A DNA stretch of 32,000 nucleotides. Origin: Candidatus Jordarchaeales archaeon (GTDB lineage: Archaea; Asgardarchaeota; Jordiarchaeia; Jordiarchaeales; Freyrarchaeaceae). The notes under the pieces were generated by a model. The model was not told the DNA's origin, did no database searches, and saw only the letters and a program-made list of their open reading frames with translations. Positions 8,629 through 18,594 of this stretch are shown piece after piece; within the stretch, counting starts at the first letter, position 1, and each line of letters starts with the position of its first letter. The position numbers and the translations under genes were made by a program. Location: NCBI GenBank assembly GCA_038858525.1, contig JAWCFL010000012.1, positions 29,492 through 61,491 of the forward strand. Direction: 5' to 3'.

Positions 8629-9345
8629 ATGTTTGACCCAGCCTACCTGTTTTGGGACATGTTAATGTTATGGATGAATCCTCTTGCTTGGGGTATGTTT
8701 TGTTTTTCAAATTTTTTTCCAGGCGGGGATCTAGGTGTTTACTTCGCGGTGTTTCTCGTTAGCATTTTCGGCAACTTATCCGTAATTTTCCCGGTACCAT
8801 ACGTAATTTTTCTTTGGTTTCTGGTTATTTTTAGAGTTTGGATTAATCCTCTGCTTTTAGGAATTGCAGCCGGCAGTGGAGCAGCTATAGGTGAGACCTC
8901 TGCCTGGCTTCTCGGGAGAGGGGCGGCTGAAGCGCTGGAGGACACGCAGTATGGTCAGCGGCTTAAGCGCTACGGGAGTCTCATAGAGCGGGGGTGGGGG
9001 ATCCCGCTAATCATTATATTTGCGGCATTGCCTTTGCCCGACGACGTCCTTCTTTTAGCTCTAGGGGCGCTTAAGTATTCCTATAAGAAAACAATTATAG
9101 CTTGCTTTACAGGAAAAATCATAATGTGTGTCGCAATATCTTTTGCTGCACGAGCATTTTCAACAACAAGAATATTCGGGAAAACTATCCTTGAGTGGTA
9201 CTCCGGGGAAGCGGGATTAACCACGATGCTTACCAGCATCGCCTTAATGATCCTAGTTTTCATAGCTCTGTTGTTCATTGATTGGGGTAAACTCTACCGA
9301 AAACTAAAAGAACTCATAAATAGCATTTCAAAGGTGTTCCCCTAA
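8629..9345 (+). CDS. VTT/DedA-superfamily membrane protein (YqaA/VMP1-like)
   Basis: FPVPY, GAAIGETSAWLLGR, PLPDD. The track starts at 8521, but that segment looks like AT-rich promoter DNA. Confidence 0.7.
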   Translation: MFDPAYLFWDMLMLWMNPLAWGMFCFSNFFPGGDLGVYFAVFLVSIFGNLSVIFPVPYVIFLWFLVIFRVWINPLLLGIAAGSGAAIGETSAWLLGRGAAEALEDTQYGQRLKRYGSLIERGWGIPLIIIFAALPLPDDVLLLALGALKYSYKKTIIACFTGKIIMCVAISFAARAFSTTRIFGKTILEWYSGEAGLTTMLTSIALMILVFIALLFIDWGKLYRKLKELINSISKVFP

Positions 9346-10018
9346 TAATTGTCTTCTATAAACTTTTATCTCTAAGTTATTGTTATTAATGTTCAATTAT
9401 TGAATTTTTATTCACATTTCCCAGTCTTACAAGAGAAAATTTTTAGTTAGTGAGACATTTTTCTCCGCAAATCAAATGCTCTCTCGCCAAAAAAACTAAT
9501 AGCAAAAAATAGCAAAAATAGAGAATGAACAGGAAAAGAGGCAGGAAAAGGACCACCGTTGTGGTATTCGTGTTTTTTCATCTTTTCCTTTTCTTTATGG
9601 GTTTTCTGGGGTGGTGTCTCCCCGAGCATACTTAAACAATGCTCCGGCGCCACACAGCACACGTCAGGCACAAGCTCAAAGAAAGCCAAACAAAAACACC
9701 TATAAAAATCCATCCACAAAACCCAACAAACCCTTCTCATTAAGTGCCATTTTTCATGTGTAGTGCACGTCGTTTTACTGCCCTTTCCCTGAAGCATTAC
9801 ATGTTTTCATTTTTCATGTTTAGCGTATTATCCGTCTTAGAACTTTCTTTGACAATGTTTTTCATGTGAGTAGCAGGCGCCCAAAAAATTTAAAATTTGA
9901 GTCGAGTTCAAGCTTCATAACATATCGTTTCTTGTAGCGTTGTGAGTTTCAAGCGCTTAATTTATAAAAGGGATGCTTTATTCTGAGTCTTACAAGAGTG
10001 TATGGGAGTGGTTGAAGA

Positions 10019-10426
10019 GTGAAGCGCGCAGGTGACGAGTATACTCGTAAGCTGGTTATAAGCGACCCTGAAACGGGTAGGAGTGTTACGATAGGTGTTG
10101 ACGACGTAAAATTTAGGAGCTTAATTGATGTGAAAATAGGCGAGACTGTCAAGGGGGACCCGTTGGGCTTAGTTGGCTACGAGCTACAAGTTACTGGCGG
10201 CTCCGACAAAGACGGCTTCCCCATGAGGCCAGACATTGATGGTCCAGGGCGCAAGAGGGTGTTGCTTAGCTCGGGCCCCGGTTTTAATCCTAGAAAGAAA
10301 GGTGAGCGAAGAAGAAAGCTGGTTAGGGGGAACACTATCTCTGATGAAATATATCAAGTGAACCTGAAAGTGGTGAAGAAGGGGGCTAAGGACATTTTTA
10401 AGGTAGAAGAAGCTGCGCCCTCCTAA
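10019..10426 (+). CDS. rps6e: 30S ribosomal protein S6e
   Basis: ISDPETGRS, TGGSDKDGFPMRPDI, RRRKLVRGN. Confidence 0.96.
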   Translation: MKRAGDEYTRKLVISDPETGRSVTIGVDDVKFRSLIDVKIGETVKGDPLGLVGYELQVTGGSDKDGFPMRPDIDGPGRKRVLLSSGPGFNPRKKGERRRKLVRGNTISDEIYQVNLKVVKKGAKDIFKVEEAAPS

Positions 10427-10448
10427 TATTGGCATTCTCCTTTGTGGG

Positions 10449-10940
10449 GTGCTTGCTATTCTTCTATTTGTTTGTGACGCCATGCTTGGCAGGGTTTGTC
10501 GTTGGTTGAGGTTGCTGGGCTATGCAGCTTATTATGACCCTAAAGGGGATGATGAATACTTGCTCGAGAAAGTTGTGGCGTCTAGAGGAATTCTTCTAAC
10601 TAGAGACCTGCACCTTTATAGGCGTGCTCTAAAACATGGCGTTAGGGCTTTCTACGTTGAGGGTACCTCCTTCTATGAGCAGTTTTGGAGCGTTGCCCGC
10701 GAGTTTAAGCTGAGACTGGAAGTTGACCCCAGATGCTCCTTTTGTCCAAAATGCGGGGGAAAGATAAGGGAAGCAAAAGGGGACGAGGTTGCCGGAATTA
10801 TCCATCCAAGCACATTAGAAAGATACGGTGAATTCTGGGTTTGCACGTCTTGTGGTAAGGTTTACTGGAAAGGTGCAATGTGGAGGTCGATGAACAAAGT
10901 GCTGGAAAAAATTAGATCGGGAGTCTCCCTGTCACGCTGA
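10449..10940 (+). CDS. Mut7-C RNase domain protein (DUF82)
   Basis: DAMLGRVCRWLRLLG, LLTRD, CPKCGG..CTSCGKVYWKG. Confidence 0.85.
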   Translation: MLAILLFVCDAMLGRVCRWLRLLGYAAYYDPKGDDEYLLEKVVASRGILLTRDLHLYRRALKHGVRAFYVEGTSFYEQFWSVAREFKLRLEVDPRCSFCPKCGGKIREAKGDEVAGIIHPSTLERYGEFWVCTSCGKVYWKGAMWRSMNKVLEKIRSGVSLSR

Positions 10941-11011
10941 GAAATATTTAAAGTTAACTAAAGCGGTAAATCTTCTCAGTTAAATCTCAGAAAAAAGAGG
11001 CGGGGTACAAT

Positions 11012-11650
11012 TTGGCTGAAGACATTCTTAACCTGACCGATGAGGATGGAGTTTTCCTCGTGAGGCTTGCAAGGGAAACCATAGAAAACTTTGTTCGGGT
11101 AGGGAGGATTGGCTCCCCTCCAACAGATGTCTCGCCGAGGCTCAGAGAGAAGGGAGGAGTTTTCGTTACAATAAACAAGCTGGCTCGCGGAAGTAAATAT
11201 CTGAGAGGATGCATCGGTTATCCTCTTCCTTACTTTCCCCTTGTTGAAGCTACGATGAAAGCTGCTGTTGAGGCGACGCGCGACCCCCGTTTTCCTCCTC
11301 TAAGAGTGGAGGAGCTTGACGGCGTTGTTGTTGAGGTAACCGTTTTATCAGTTCCAGAGCTTCTTAAAGTTAAGGATCCTAAAGAGTACCCTGAAAAAAT
11401 TAAGGTTGGCCGCGACGGCCTCTTGGTTGCGAGGGGTCCTTTTAGAGGTCTTCTTTTACCTCAGGTTCCTGTCGAGTGGAATTGGGACGCTGAAACCTTT
11501 CTCTGCGAGTGCTGCATGAAAGCAGGGCTACCGCCTGACGCTTGGCTCGACAAGAGCACTGAGGTCCATGTGTTTCGCGGGGTCATATTTGAGGAGGAAG
11601 AGCCACGCGGAAAAATAGTCCGTAAAGAACTTTCAGTCGAGAGGGAGTAA
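11012..11650 (+). CDS. AMMECR1 domain protein (TIGR00296 family)
   Basis: GVFVT, LRGCIG, DPRFPP, GLLLPQV, KAGL. Confidence 0.9.
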   Translation: MAEDILNLTDEDGVFLVRLARETIENFVRVGRIGSPPTDVSPRLREKGGVFVTINKLARGSKYLRGCIGYPLPYFPLVEATMKAAVEATRDPRFPPLRVEELDGVVVEVTVLSVPELLKVKDPKEYPEKIKVGRDGLLVARGPFRGLLLPQVPVEWNWDAETFLCECCMKAGLPPDAWLDKSTEVHVFRGVIFEEEEPRGKIVRKELSVERE

Positions 11651-11653
11651 CAG

Positions 11654-12850
11654 ATGAGAGTTTACTTCGCGCCTAACGGAATGGCTCTAGGCCACGCGGG
11701 CAGATGTGCCCCCATAGCCAGAAGGTTAATGGAGCGGGGTGCGCAAGTCCTGTTTTCCACGTATGGTGACGCTGTCGCCCTTGTCTCCGCTCTAGGCTTC
11801 CCGGTAGTTAAGGTGCCCGAAATAAAGCCGGTTGAGGGTGAAGATGGAACGATCGAAATGCTGCAAACAAGCATAAGGTGGCCGAAATACGTTGCAGCCT
11901 TCCTTAAGCAACTCATCTGTGAGATAAGAAACATCAAATGGTTTAAGCCAGACGTGGTCGTATCCGACTCACGTCTCTCCCCGATCTTCGCATCACTCCT
12001 GCTGGGAGTTCCCTGCCTTCTTCTCCTTCACCAGATTAAGCTTTTCATCCCTCACAAGAAACCTCTGAGTAAGATTAAAATGAAGCTTAAAGCGTTCGGC
12101 GAGTGGAACATACTTTACTTCCTGTGGCTGATGTGGAGTAGAAGCACATCCATAATTGTCCCTGACTTTCCGTTACCCTATACTATTGCTAAGGAGCATG
12201 TGGACGTTCCAGTGAAGTTTCTGAGAAAGGTCAAGTTTGTAGGGCAGATAATCGATAAACTTCCCAACGAACTTCCAAGCAAGGAGAAAGCCAAGCTCAT
12301 GTTGGGCTTCGATGAGCGCCCCCTAATTTATATCGGGATCTCTGGCACCAAGGTGGAAAGGGAGGCGGTCAACAAGATACTCTTAGACGTGGTTTCTACG
12401 TTCCCCGAAAAGTACCAGGTGATAATGAGCACGGGGAACCCAGGAGAAGTAAGAGAAATTTTTAGGAAGGATGGAGTGAGAGTGTACAATTGGGTTCCCG
12501 ACAGGTACCTCGTACTTAAGGCATGTGACATAGTTGTCTCTCGTTCAGGACATAACACGATAGCGGAGTCCATGTATTATGGCGTCCCGTCCATACTTAT
12601 TCCGACGCCAGCTCACACCGAGCACGAAATGAACGCCCGGTCTGCTGAAGCAATGGGGATAGCGAAGATCATACGCCAAAGTGACCTCAACCGAAAAACA
12701 CTTTTAGAAGCCATAAAGGAAGTGCTAGAAGACGACTCATACCAGTCTAGAGCGTTGTTCATTCAGAAAAAGGTTCTCAAAAACGACTCAGTCGAGTCAA
12801 TTATTCGAGAGATAGTCTCACTTGCAAACCTTAAGGAGGGAAAGCGATGA
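11654..12850 (+). CDS. GT-B glycosyltransferase (MurG/GT28-like)
   Basis: GMALGHAGR; VSRSGHNTIAE..IPTPAHTEHEMNA. Confidence 0.8.
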   Translation: MRVYFAPNGMALGHAGRCAPIARRLMERGAQVLFSTYGDAVALVSALGFPVVKVPEIKPVEGEDGTIEMLQTSIRWPKYVAAFLKQLICEIRNIKWFKPDVVVSDSRLSPIFASLLLGVPCLLLLHQIKLFIPHKKPLSKIKMKLKAFGEWNILYFLWLMWSRSTSIIVPDFPLPYTIAKEHVDVPVKFLRKVKFVGQIIDKLPNELPSKEKAKLMLGFDERPLIYIGISGTKVEREAVNKILLDVVSTFPEKYQVIMSTGNPGEVREIFRKDGVRVYNWVPDRYLVLKACDIVVSRSGHNTIAESMYYGVPSILIPTPAHTEHEMNARSAEAMGIAKIIRQSDLNRKTLLEAIKEVLEDDSYQSRALFIQKKVLKNDSVESIIREIVSLANLKEGKR

Positions 12851-13713
12851 GTAACATTAGGGGGTTTTTAGCGTCTTTCCTCCTCGAAGACTTAGGTTTC
12901 GGAGATGTGACCAGTGAAGCCGTTATCCCTGAAAACGTCATAGTTGAGGCTAGAATTGTCTGCAAGGAGGACGGTGTAATAGCAGGGGTTTCCGAGGCGA
13001 GCGAGCTATTCAAGATGATTGGAATAGACGTCGTAACGATGGTTCGTGATGGAGAGAGGGTTAAGAAGGGAGATGTTGTGATGGAGTTGAGGGGTGATGC
13101 GAGGGCGATTTTGGGGGCAGAGAGAACCGTTCTCAACTTAATGATGCTTATGAGTGGCGTAGCGACGGAGACAGCGCGCCTCGTGGAGAAAGCCAGAAGA
13201 GTCAATGGAAAAGTTAGAGTGGCCGGCACAAGAAAAACGACCCCGGGATTCAGGTACTTCGAGAAGAAAGCCATAGAGTTAGGCGGAGGGGACCCACACA
13301 GGTTCCGCCTTGATGACCTGATCCTAATAAAGGACAACCACATTAAAATTGTTGGAAGTGTGGCTGAAGCCATTAAGAGAGCTAAGGAAAAAGCCAGCTT
13401 CTCAAAGAAAATAGAAGTGGAGGTTTCCTCTCCTAACGAGGCGCTGGAAGCTGTTCTCTCAGGCGCCGATATAATAATGCTCGACAACATGAGTGTGGAG
13501 AACGTGGAGAAAACAATACGCAACCTAAAAGAACACGGGTTGAGAGAGAAAGTCATCATAGAAGTTTCGGGGGGGATCAACTTTCAAAACATAGAAGAGT
13601 ATGCAGCGCTGGGCGTCGACGTTATTTCAACCGGTCACGTCACTCACTCCTCAAAGGCTTTAGATTTAAGCTTAGACATAGTAAAAATTATAAGCCTAAA
13701 AGCAAATAATTGA
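12847..13713 (+). CDS. nadC: Nicotinate-nucleotide pyrophosphorylase (quinolinate phosphoribosyltransferase)
   Basis: EDLGFGDVTS, TRKTTPG, HRFRLDD, IKDNH, MLDNM, SGGI. Confidence 0.95.
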   Translation: MSNIRGFLASFLLEDLGFGDVTSEAVIPENVIVEARIVCKEDGVIAGVSEASELFKMIGIDVVTMVRDGERVKKGDVVMELRGDARAILGAERTVLNLMMLMSGVATETARLVEKARRVNGKVRVAGTRKTTPGFRYFEKKAIELGGGDPHRFRLDDLILIKDNHIKIVGSVAEAIKRAKEKASFSKKIEVEVSSPNEALEAVLSGADIIMLDNMSVENVEKTIRNLKEHGLREKVIIEVSGGINFQNIEEYAALGVDVISTGHVTHSSKALDLSLDIVKIISLKANN

Positions 13714-13848
13714 CTTAGAAAATTCAAAAAAGTAAATTACGTAAAAGTAGTTAACATATCCTCTTCGGAAAGTTGCTTGAAAATGTTGTTTAAACAGTTG
13801 GTAACGTTATTTTGAAAAACTTAGTTCAAATCTGGAGGTTGTTTTCTT

Positions 13849-15111
13849 TTGGAGTTAATGTTTCTCGGAGGATGCCAAACAGTAGGCGGCTCAGGAGTAT
13901 TGGTATCTAATGGAGAAACGAATATTCTGGTAGACTATGGCGTTTACGTGGGAAAGAAGGATAACCTCATACCTGAGCTGCCGCCAGAAGATGTGGACGC
14001 GGTCTTTCTGACACACGTTCACTTGGATCACGCAGGAGGAGCCCCGATTCTTTATACTGACAGCTACTCTGATGGTCCATCAGTCTACGTGACGCCGCCT
14101 ACTCTTAGCCTGCTCTCGCTGCTTATAGATGACATGCTGAAAATTAAGAAGCTTCCCTTCGGTAAAAAAGAGAAAAATAGGATGCTTAGGAAAACCCAGA
14201 CCGTGAATTACGGCGACACAATTAAAGTAGATGGAATGACCGTTGAAATAGTAAACTCAGGCCACATACCCGGCGCCTACTCGACGGTAATAAGGACGAA
14301 CGGGAAATGTATCCTTTACACGTCAGACTTTAACACAAACAAGACACGTCTCGTTGAAAATGCAGATTACGGCATGCTAAAGCCTGACGTGGTAATAACG
14401 GAAAGTACGTATGCGCTAGAGGAGCATCCAGAAAGGCTTCAGACGGAACGTGATTTCGTAAGAGCAGTGCTTCACGTTGTTGAAAACGGCGGCGTGGTTC
14501 TAATTCCAGCATTTGCAGTTGCTAGGTCTCAAGAAATTTTATGTGTCCTCGAGAAGTACAATGTCGAGTGCAACATAACGCTTGATGGAATGGCGCGTGA
14601 TGCCAGCCGACTGCTGCTCCAGCACCCAGACTACCTCAAGGATTACGAAACCCTCCTGAGGGCCCTAAGCAAGTGCAGATGGGTGCGTGGCTTCCACGAC
14701 AGAGTTGAAGCGGCAAGCCGACCAGGCGTAATAATTTCAACAGCAGGAATGCTTAAGGGTGGACCAACAATCCACTATATGAGAATGCTCGCAAAAGATA
14801 GTGATAACGCTATATTCCTCGTCAGCTTCCAGATTCCTGGAACCCCTGGAAGAACACTTCTCGACACGGGATACTTCCCCCTCTATGGGAAACCTGAACG
14901 TGTCAATGCGCAAGTCAAATTCTTCAACTTCTCATCCCATGTCGACAGGAAACAGCTACACTCCTTCGTAGAGAACATCAACAATCACTCAACGGTCTTC
15001 TTCACGGTGCACGGTGAGAAAGAAGCTTGCCACACTCTAGCGGAAGAAATAGAGGAAAACTACGGTAACCAAGCCATAAACCCCAAGGTAGGAGAAGTAT
15101 ACGAACTCTAA
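13849..15111 (+). CDS. Metallo-beta-lactamase/beta-CASP ribonuclease (aCPSF2-like)
   Basis: THVHLDHAG, GHIPG, ESTY, SSHVD and VHGE motifs; no N-terminal KH domains. Confidence 0.87.
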   Translation: MELMFLGGCQTVGGSGVLVSNGETNILVDYGVYVGKKDNLIPELPPEDVDAVFLTHVHLDHAGGAPILYTDSYSDGPSVYVTPPTLSLLSLLIDDMLKIKKLPFGKKEKNRMLRKTQTVNYGDTIKVDGMTVEIVNSGHIPGAYSTVIRTNGKCILYTSDFNTNKTRLVENADYGMLKPDVVITESTYALEEHPERLQTERDFVRAVLHVVENGGVVLIPAFAVARSQEILCVLEKYNVECNITLDGMARDASRLLLQHPDYLKDYETLLRALSKCRWVRGFHDRVEAASRPGVIISTAGMLKGGPTIHYMRMLAKDSDNAIFLVSFQIPGTPGRTLLDTGYFPLYGKPERVNAQVKFFNFSSHVDRKQLHSFVENINNHSTVFFTVHGEKEACHTLAEEIEENYGNQAINPKVGEVYEL

Positions 15112-15159
15112 AACAAGAACACCGCTTCAAGGAAGAAATTTCACAAAAACAAAGGCGTG

Positions 15160-15378
15160 TTAACGAGGCTTTATCTTGCGCGCCTCACGCTCAGTCTCCC
15201 TTAACAAGACAATGTCGCCTGTCCTAACGGGGCCACGAATATTCCTAGTTAATATTCGTCCCCTATCCGGCCCCTCAAGTATACGAACGCGGCATTGAAT
15301 TATCTCTCCATATATTCCTGTCCTGTCAACGATGGCTATTACTTCAGCCGGAGTTGCAGTATCTTGCTGTGCGCTCAT
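15160..15378 (-). CDS. rps28e: 30S ribosomal protein S28e
   Basis: [34 protein letters not shown]; ATG 15378 follows GGAGGT. Confidence 0.96.
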   Translation of the reverse strand: MSAQQDTATPAEVIAIVDRTGIYGEIIQCRVRILEGPDRGRILTRNIRGPVRTGDIVLLRETEREARKIKPR

Positions 15379-15547
15379 GTTTAGACCTCCTTCTTCATCC
15401 ATTCAAGAAGAACATTAAAAACTTTTCCCATAAAGTTTCACGTCGTCCCGACCTGATGTAAACGTTAGAGACAACTTCTAAGAAAAACTTTGAGGACTAC
15501 AGTTCACACTCATTTTGGTTAGGTTACCTCATTGCAGCATACGATGC

Positions 15548-17062
15548 CTAGTCCTTCGCGTCGCCCATTGCTTGAGGTATGTAGTTTATTACGTCTGTTG
15601 CTGTTATGTGGTATCCTCTCTGTTGAACTGCTAGGTCTCCAGCTCTTCCATTTATGAAGGCTGCCGCTGCTGCGGCTGTTAATACGTCCCTTCCCCATGA
15701 AAGGATGGCGGCGCAGCATCCGGTGAGTACGTCTCCTGTTCCACCCACTGTCATTCCAGGGTTTCCCGTTATGTTGACCTTCACTTTTTCTCCGTTTGAG
15801 ATGACGTCCCAATGTGCCTTCAGCAGTATTGTTGCTCCAAGCCGCCTGCTCCATTCTTTTACAGATTCCATTTTTTCTTTTAACGGTTTACCGAGGAGGT
15901 TTTCTCCCGTTATTATGAGAAATTCACCCTGGTGGGGAGTTAACACCATGTTGCCGCCCGCGACAGAGTCTGGCTTCCTAGCGACGGCTTTGAGCGCGTC
16001 CGCGTCAACAACAGTCGGAATCCTCTTTTCTTTTGCGAGTTCCAGTGTTTCTATGATTGCATTTAATGTTTCATCTTCGAGGCCCAGCCCTGGCCCTATA
16101 GCTAGAGCTGTCATTCTTTTCATGATCAGCTCAACTTTCTCCACAGCTTCCGGATTGTAGACCTCTCCGGGAAGAGAATTCACAATTAAGTTTGGGGAGT
16201 AAGAACGTATGGCGTCCGCGACGCTCGAGGGCGTAGCCACAATAACTATGTCTACTCCCGTCGTTAATGCTGCTAGTGCGGTTAAGGCTGGGGCTCCAGA
16301 ATAATTTTTTCCTCCTCCGATGACGAGAACCCGCCCATGTTCTCCTTTGTATGCCTCAGGCCTGCGAGTTATTTTGGCCGCCTCTAGGTCTCCGGGGCCA
16401 ACTATGATCTCTGCTTCTGGTGGTATTCCTATCGGGTATACTTCAAGCTCGCCTGCGAACGGAGAGCTGGGAAGGGCGGGTTTGAGCGAGTGGAGGCAAA
16501 CTGTCAGATCTGCTCTGACCACTTTTCCTCCAACTTCACCCGTGTCGGGGTTTAGTCCCGATGGGACGTCCACGGAGACCTTGAAGCCTCTGATACCATT
16601 GATCAAATCTATTGCTGAAGCTATGGGCTCCCTCACCTCGCCTCTTACCCCTGTTCCGAGCAGTGCATCCACCACAATGTCCACGCCACCAAGTTCCTTC
16701 TCGAGCTTCTTTATGTCACTCGAATCTCTCACTACCCTTTTTTCAACAGTGAACATTGATTTAACCGCGTTCCAGTTACGCTTAGCTTCATTTGTTCTGA
16801 TGTTTTCCTCGTCCCCGACGAGGATCACAGTTACCTTGGCTCCGAGGGCTGCAAGGTGCCTTGCCGCAACGAAACCGTCACCTCCATTATCACCTAATCC
16901 ACAGAAGACAGCAACTCTCTTCCCCTCAATATTCCTTTTTTTAGAGATGGCATCCGCAACACTTCTACCAGCGTTCTCCATGAGGAGGAGACGGGGAACG
17001 CCCAAAAACTCAGCGTTTAGGTCCGCTATTCGCGTCTCCATACTTGTCATGACTTTCAACAT
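15548..17062 (-). CDS. nnr: Bifunctional NAD(P)HX epimerase/dehydratase
   Basis: LMENAG, GDNGGDG, DALLGTG, KGEHGR, TPHQGEF, GGTGDVL; ATG 17062 follows GGAGG. Confidence 0.93.
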   Translation of the reverse strand: MLKVMTSMETRIADLNAEFLGVPRLLLMENAGRSVADAISKKRNIEGKRVAVFCGLGDNGGDGFVAARHLAALGAKVTVILVGDEENIRTNEAKRNWNAVKSMFTVEKRVVRDSSDIKKLEKELGGVDIVVDALLGTGVRGEVREPIASAIDLINGIRGFKVSVDVPSGLNPDTGEVGGKVVRADLTVCLHSLKPALPSSPFAGELEVYPIGIPPEAEIIVGPGDLEAAKITRRPEAYKGEHGRVLVIGGGKNYSGAPALTALAALTTGVDIVIVATPSSVADAIRSYSPNLIVNSLPGEVYNPEAVEKVELIMKRMTALAIGPGLGLEDETLNAIIETLELAKEKRIPTVVDADALKAVARKPDSVAGGNMVLTPHQGEFLIITGENLLGKPLKEKMESVKEWSRRLGATILLKAHWDVISNGEKVKVNITGNPGMTVGGTGDVLTGCCAAILSWGRDVLTAAAAAAFINGRAGDLAVQQRGYHITATDVINYIPQAMGDAKD

Positions 17063-17128
17063 TAGCCCTCCAATCTTTATAAGAAAAACTAACTTCGTAT
17101 TAATTGTTACATGTTTCATTGTTTTTAA

Positions 17129-17764
17129 ATGCGTTTAGTGGATGATAAATTGAAGGTTAAGCTTCATCCAAGCGTTCTGGTCAGAGCTTTGAGAGCAGCA
17201 TTAAGACCCGGGCACTTTGAGTGCCAGAGATGCGGGTCATGCTGTTCAGCTTATACTGTTTGTGTGACTGATTCTGATGCCAAGAGAATAATCGACCTTT
17301 ACGGCATCCCCCCTCACAACTTCCTGACGGGCGTTATTGTCCCCGATGAGGTAGCTCACACTTATACCGGTATTCCGAGGTTTATAGGTGAAAGAGGACG
17401 GGGTATGGTCTTAGCCCTTAAGGAGAAGGATGGGCGCTGCGTCTTTAACGATGGAGAGTGTGAAGTGTATCCTGCTAGACCGTTAAACTGCAGGGCTTTC
17501 CCCTTCCTTTGGCTTGGAGGAAATAAATTCAAGCTTAACCCGGATGCGCTCTTCATATGTAAGGGTATTGGTAAGGGCGGAAAATACAACTTCAAAAAGG
17601 TTTTCGAAGAAATGGCGTTGCTGGAGAAGGAATGGAAGCATTACGGTGTGCTGGTTGAAGAGTGGAATACTCGTGTAAGGTCCGGGAATGTTGTTCCAAG
17701 CACACGGAACTTCATAAGGTTTCTCTTGGAGGAGGAAGAATGGGGTACAAGGGACTCTACTTGA
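17129..17764 (+). CDS. YkgJ family cysteine-cluster (Zn/Fe chelating) protein
   Basis: CQRCGSCC..CVF..CEVYPARPLNCRAFPF. Confidence 0.8.
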   Translation: MRLVDDKLKVKLHPSVLVRALRAALRPGHFECQRCGSCCSAYTVCVTDSDAKRIIDLYGIPPHNFLTGVIVPDEVAHTYTGIPRFIGERGRGMVLALKEKDGRCVFNDGECEVYPARPLNCRAFPFLWLGGNKFKLNPDALFICKGIGKGGKYNFKKVFEEMALLEKEWKHYGVLVEEWNTRVRSGNVVPSTRNFIRFLLEEEEWGTRDST

Positions 17765-18594
17765 CCTCTAAAGAGAGCTTCTTAGGGTGCTCTAAGCCTT
17801 ATGGTGAGGCATTAGTGATAATAATGGGGGTTCCCTTCGATGCTACCAGCACTTATAAGCCGGGCGCTAGGTTTGCCCCATCAGCCATAAGGGCTGCGTC
17901 TTGGAATATGGAGAGCTTCAGCCTTAAACGCATGGCTGATGCCTGCTCACTCAGCTTCTGTGACGTTGGCGACTTAGATGTGGTTCCGGGAGACGTGCAC
18001 CAAACCCTCCAGCGGTTAAAGGCAGTAGTCTCCGAAGTCGTTGATGAAGGTAAAAAGCTTCTCGTTTTGGGTGGGGAACACACCTTAACGCTGGGCGTAG
18101 CTGAGTGCATCAGTGGCGTCGGCGTGATACAATTTGACGCCCACACTGATTTAAGAGATGATTATGCATCCCAAAGAATATGTCACGCGACAGTTGCTAG
18201 AAGAATGCATGAAGCGGGAATTTCGCTTCTCCAAGTGGGAGTTAGAGCTTGCTCGAGGGAGGAGTACGAGTACGCTGAGGAAAACGGCATTGTTTTGGTG
18301 CCAGCGCACGAAGTTCGTCGCTCTCTAAGTTACGCCATGAGTCGCATAAAGGAGTTCCAGGAGGAGCACGGGAAAATATATGTGACGGTTGACGTAGACG
18401 TTCTAGACCCGGCGTTTGCGCCCGAAGTCGGAAATCCTGAGCCAGGAGGCTTAACGATAACGGAGCTCATCAGCCTAATAGAAGAATGCCACAATGTTGC
18501 TGGTGGCGACGTCGTGGAAGTGACGCCTTCAGGCGGCTTTACAGCGTTTACCGCAGCTAGAATAGCCATAGAACTCATGTTTCAAATGCATTAG
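17740..18594 (+). CDS. speB: Agmatinase (ureohydrolase family)
   Basis: GVPFD, PGARFAP, GGEHT, DAHTD, DVDVLD; ATG 17740 follows GGAGG. Confidence 0.9.
   Translation: MGYKGLYLTSKESFLGCSKPYGEALVIIMGVPFDATSTYKPGARFAPSAIRAASWNMESFSLKRMADACSLSFCDVGDLDVVPGDVHQTLQRLKAVVSEVVDEGKKLLVLGGEHTLTLGVAECISGVGVIQFDAHTDLRDDYASQRICHATVARRMHEAGISLLQVGVRACSREEYEYAEENGIVLVPAHEVRRSLSYAMSRIKEFQEEHGKIYVTVDVDVLDPAFAPEVGNPEPGGLTITELISLIEECHNVAGGDVVEVTPSGGFTAFTAARIAIELMFQMH

Noticed and set aside
9447-9797. 116-aa minus-strand ORF
   Set aside because: Low-complexity composition, no motif or ribosome-binding site; probably a chance ORF.
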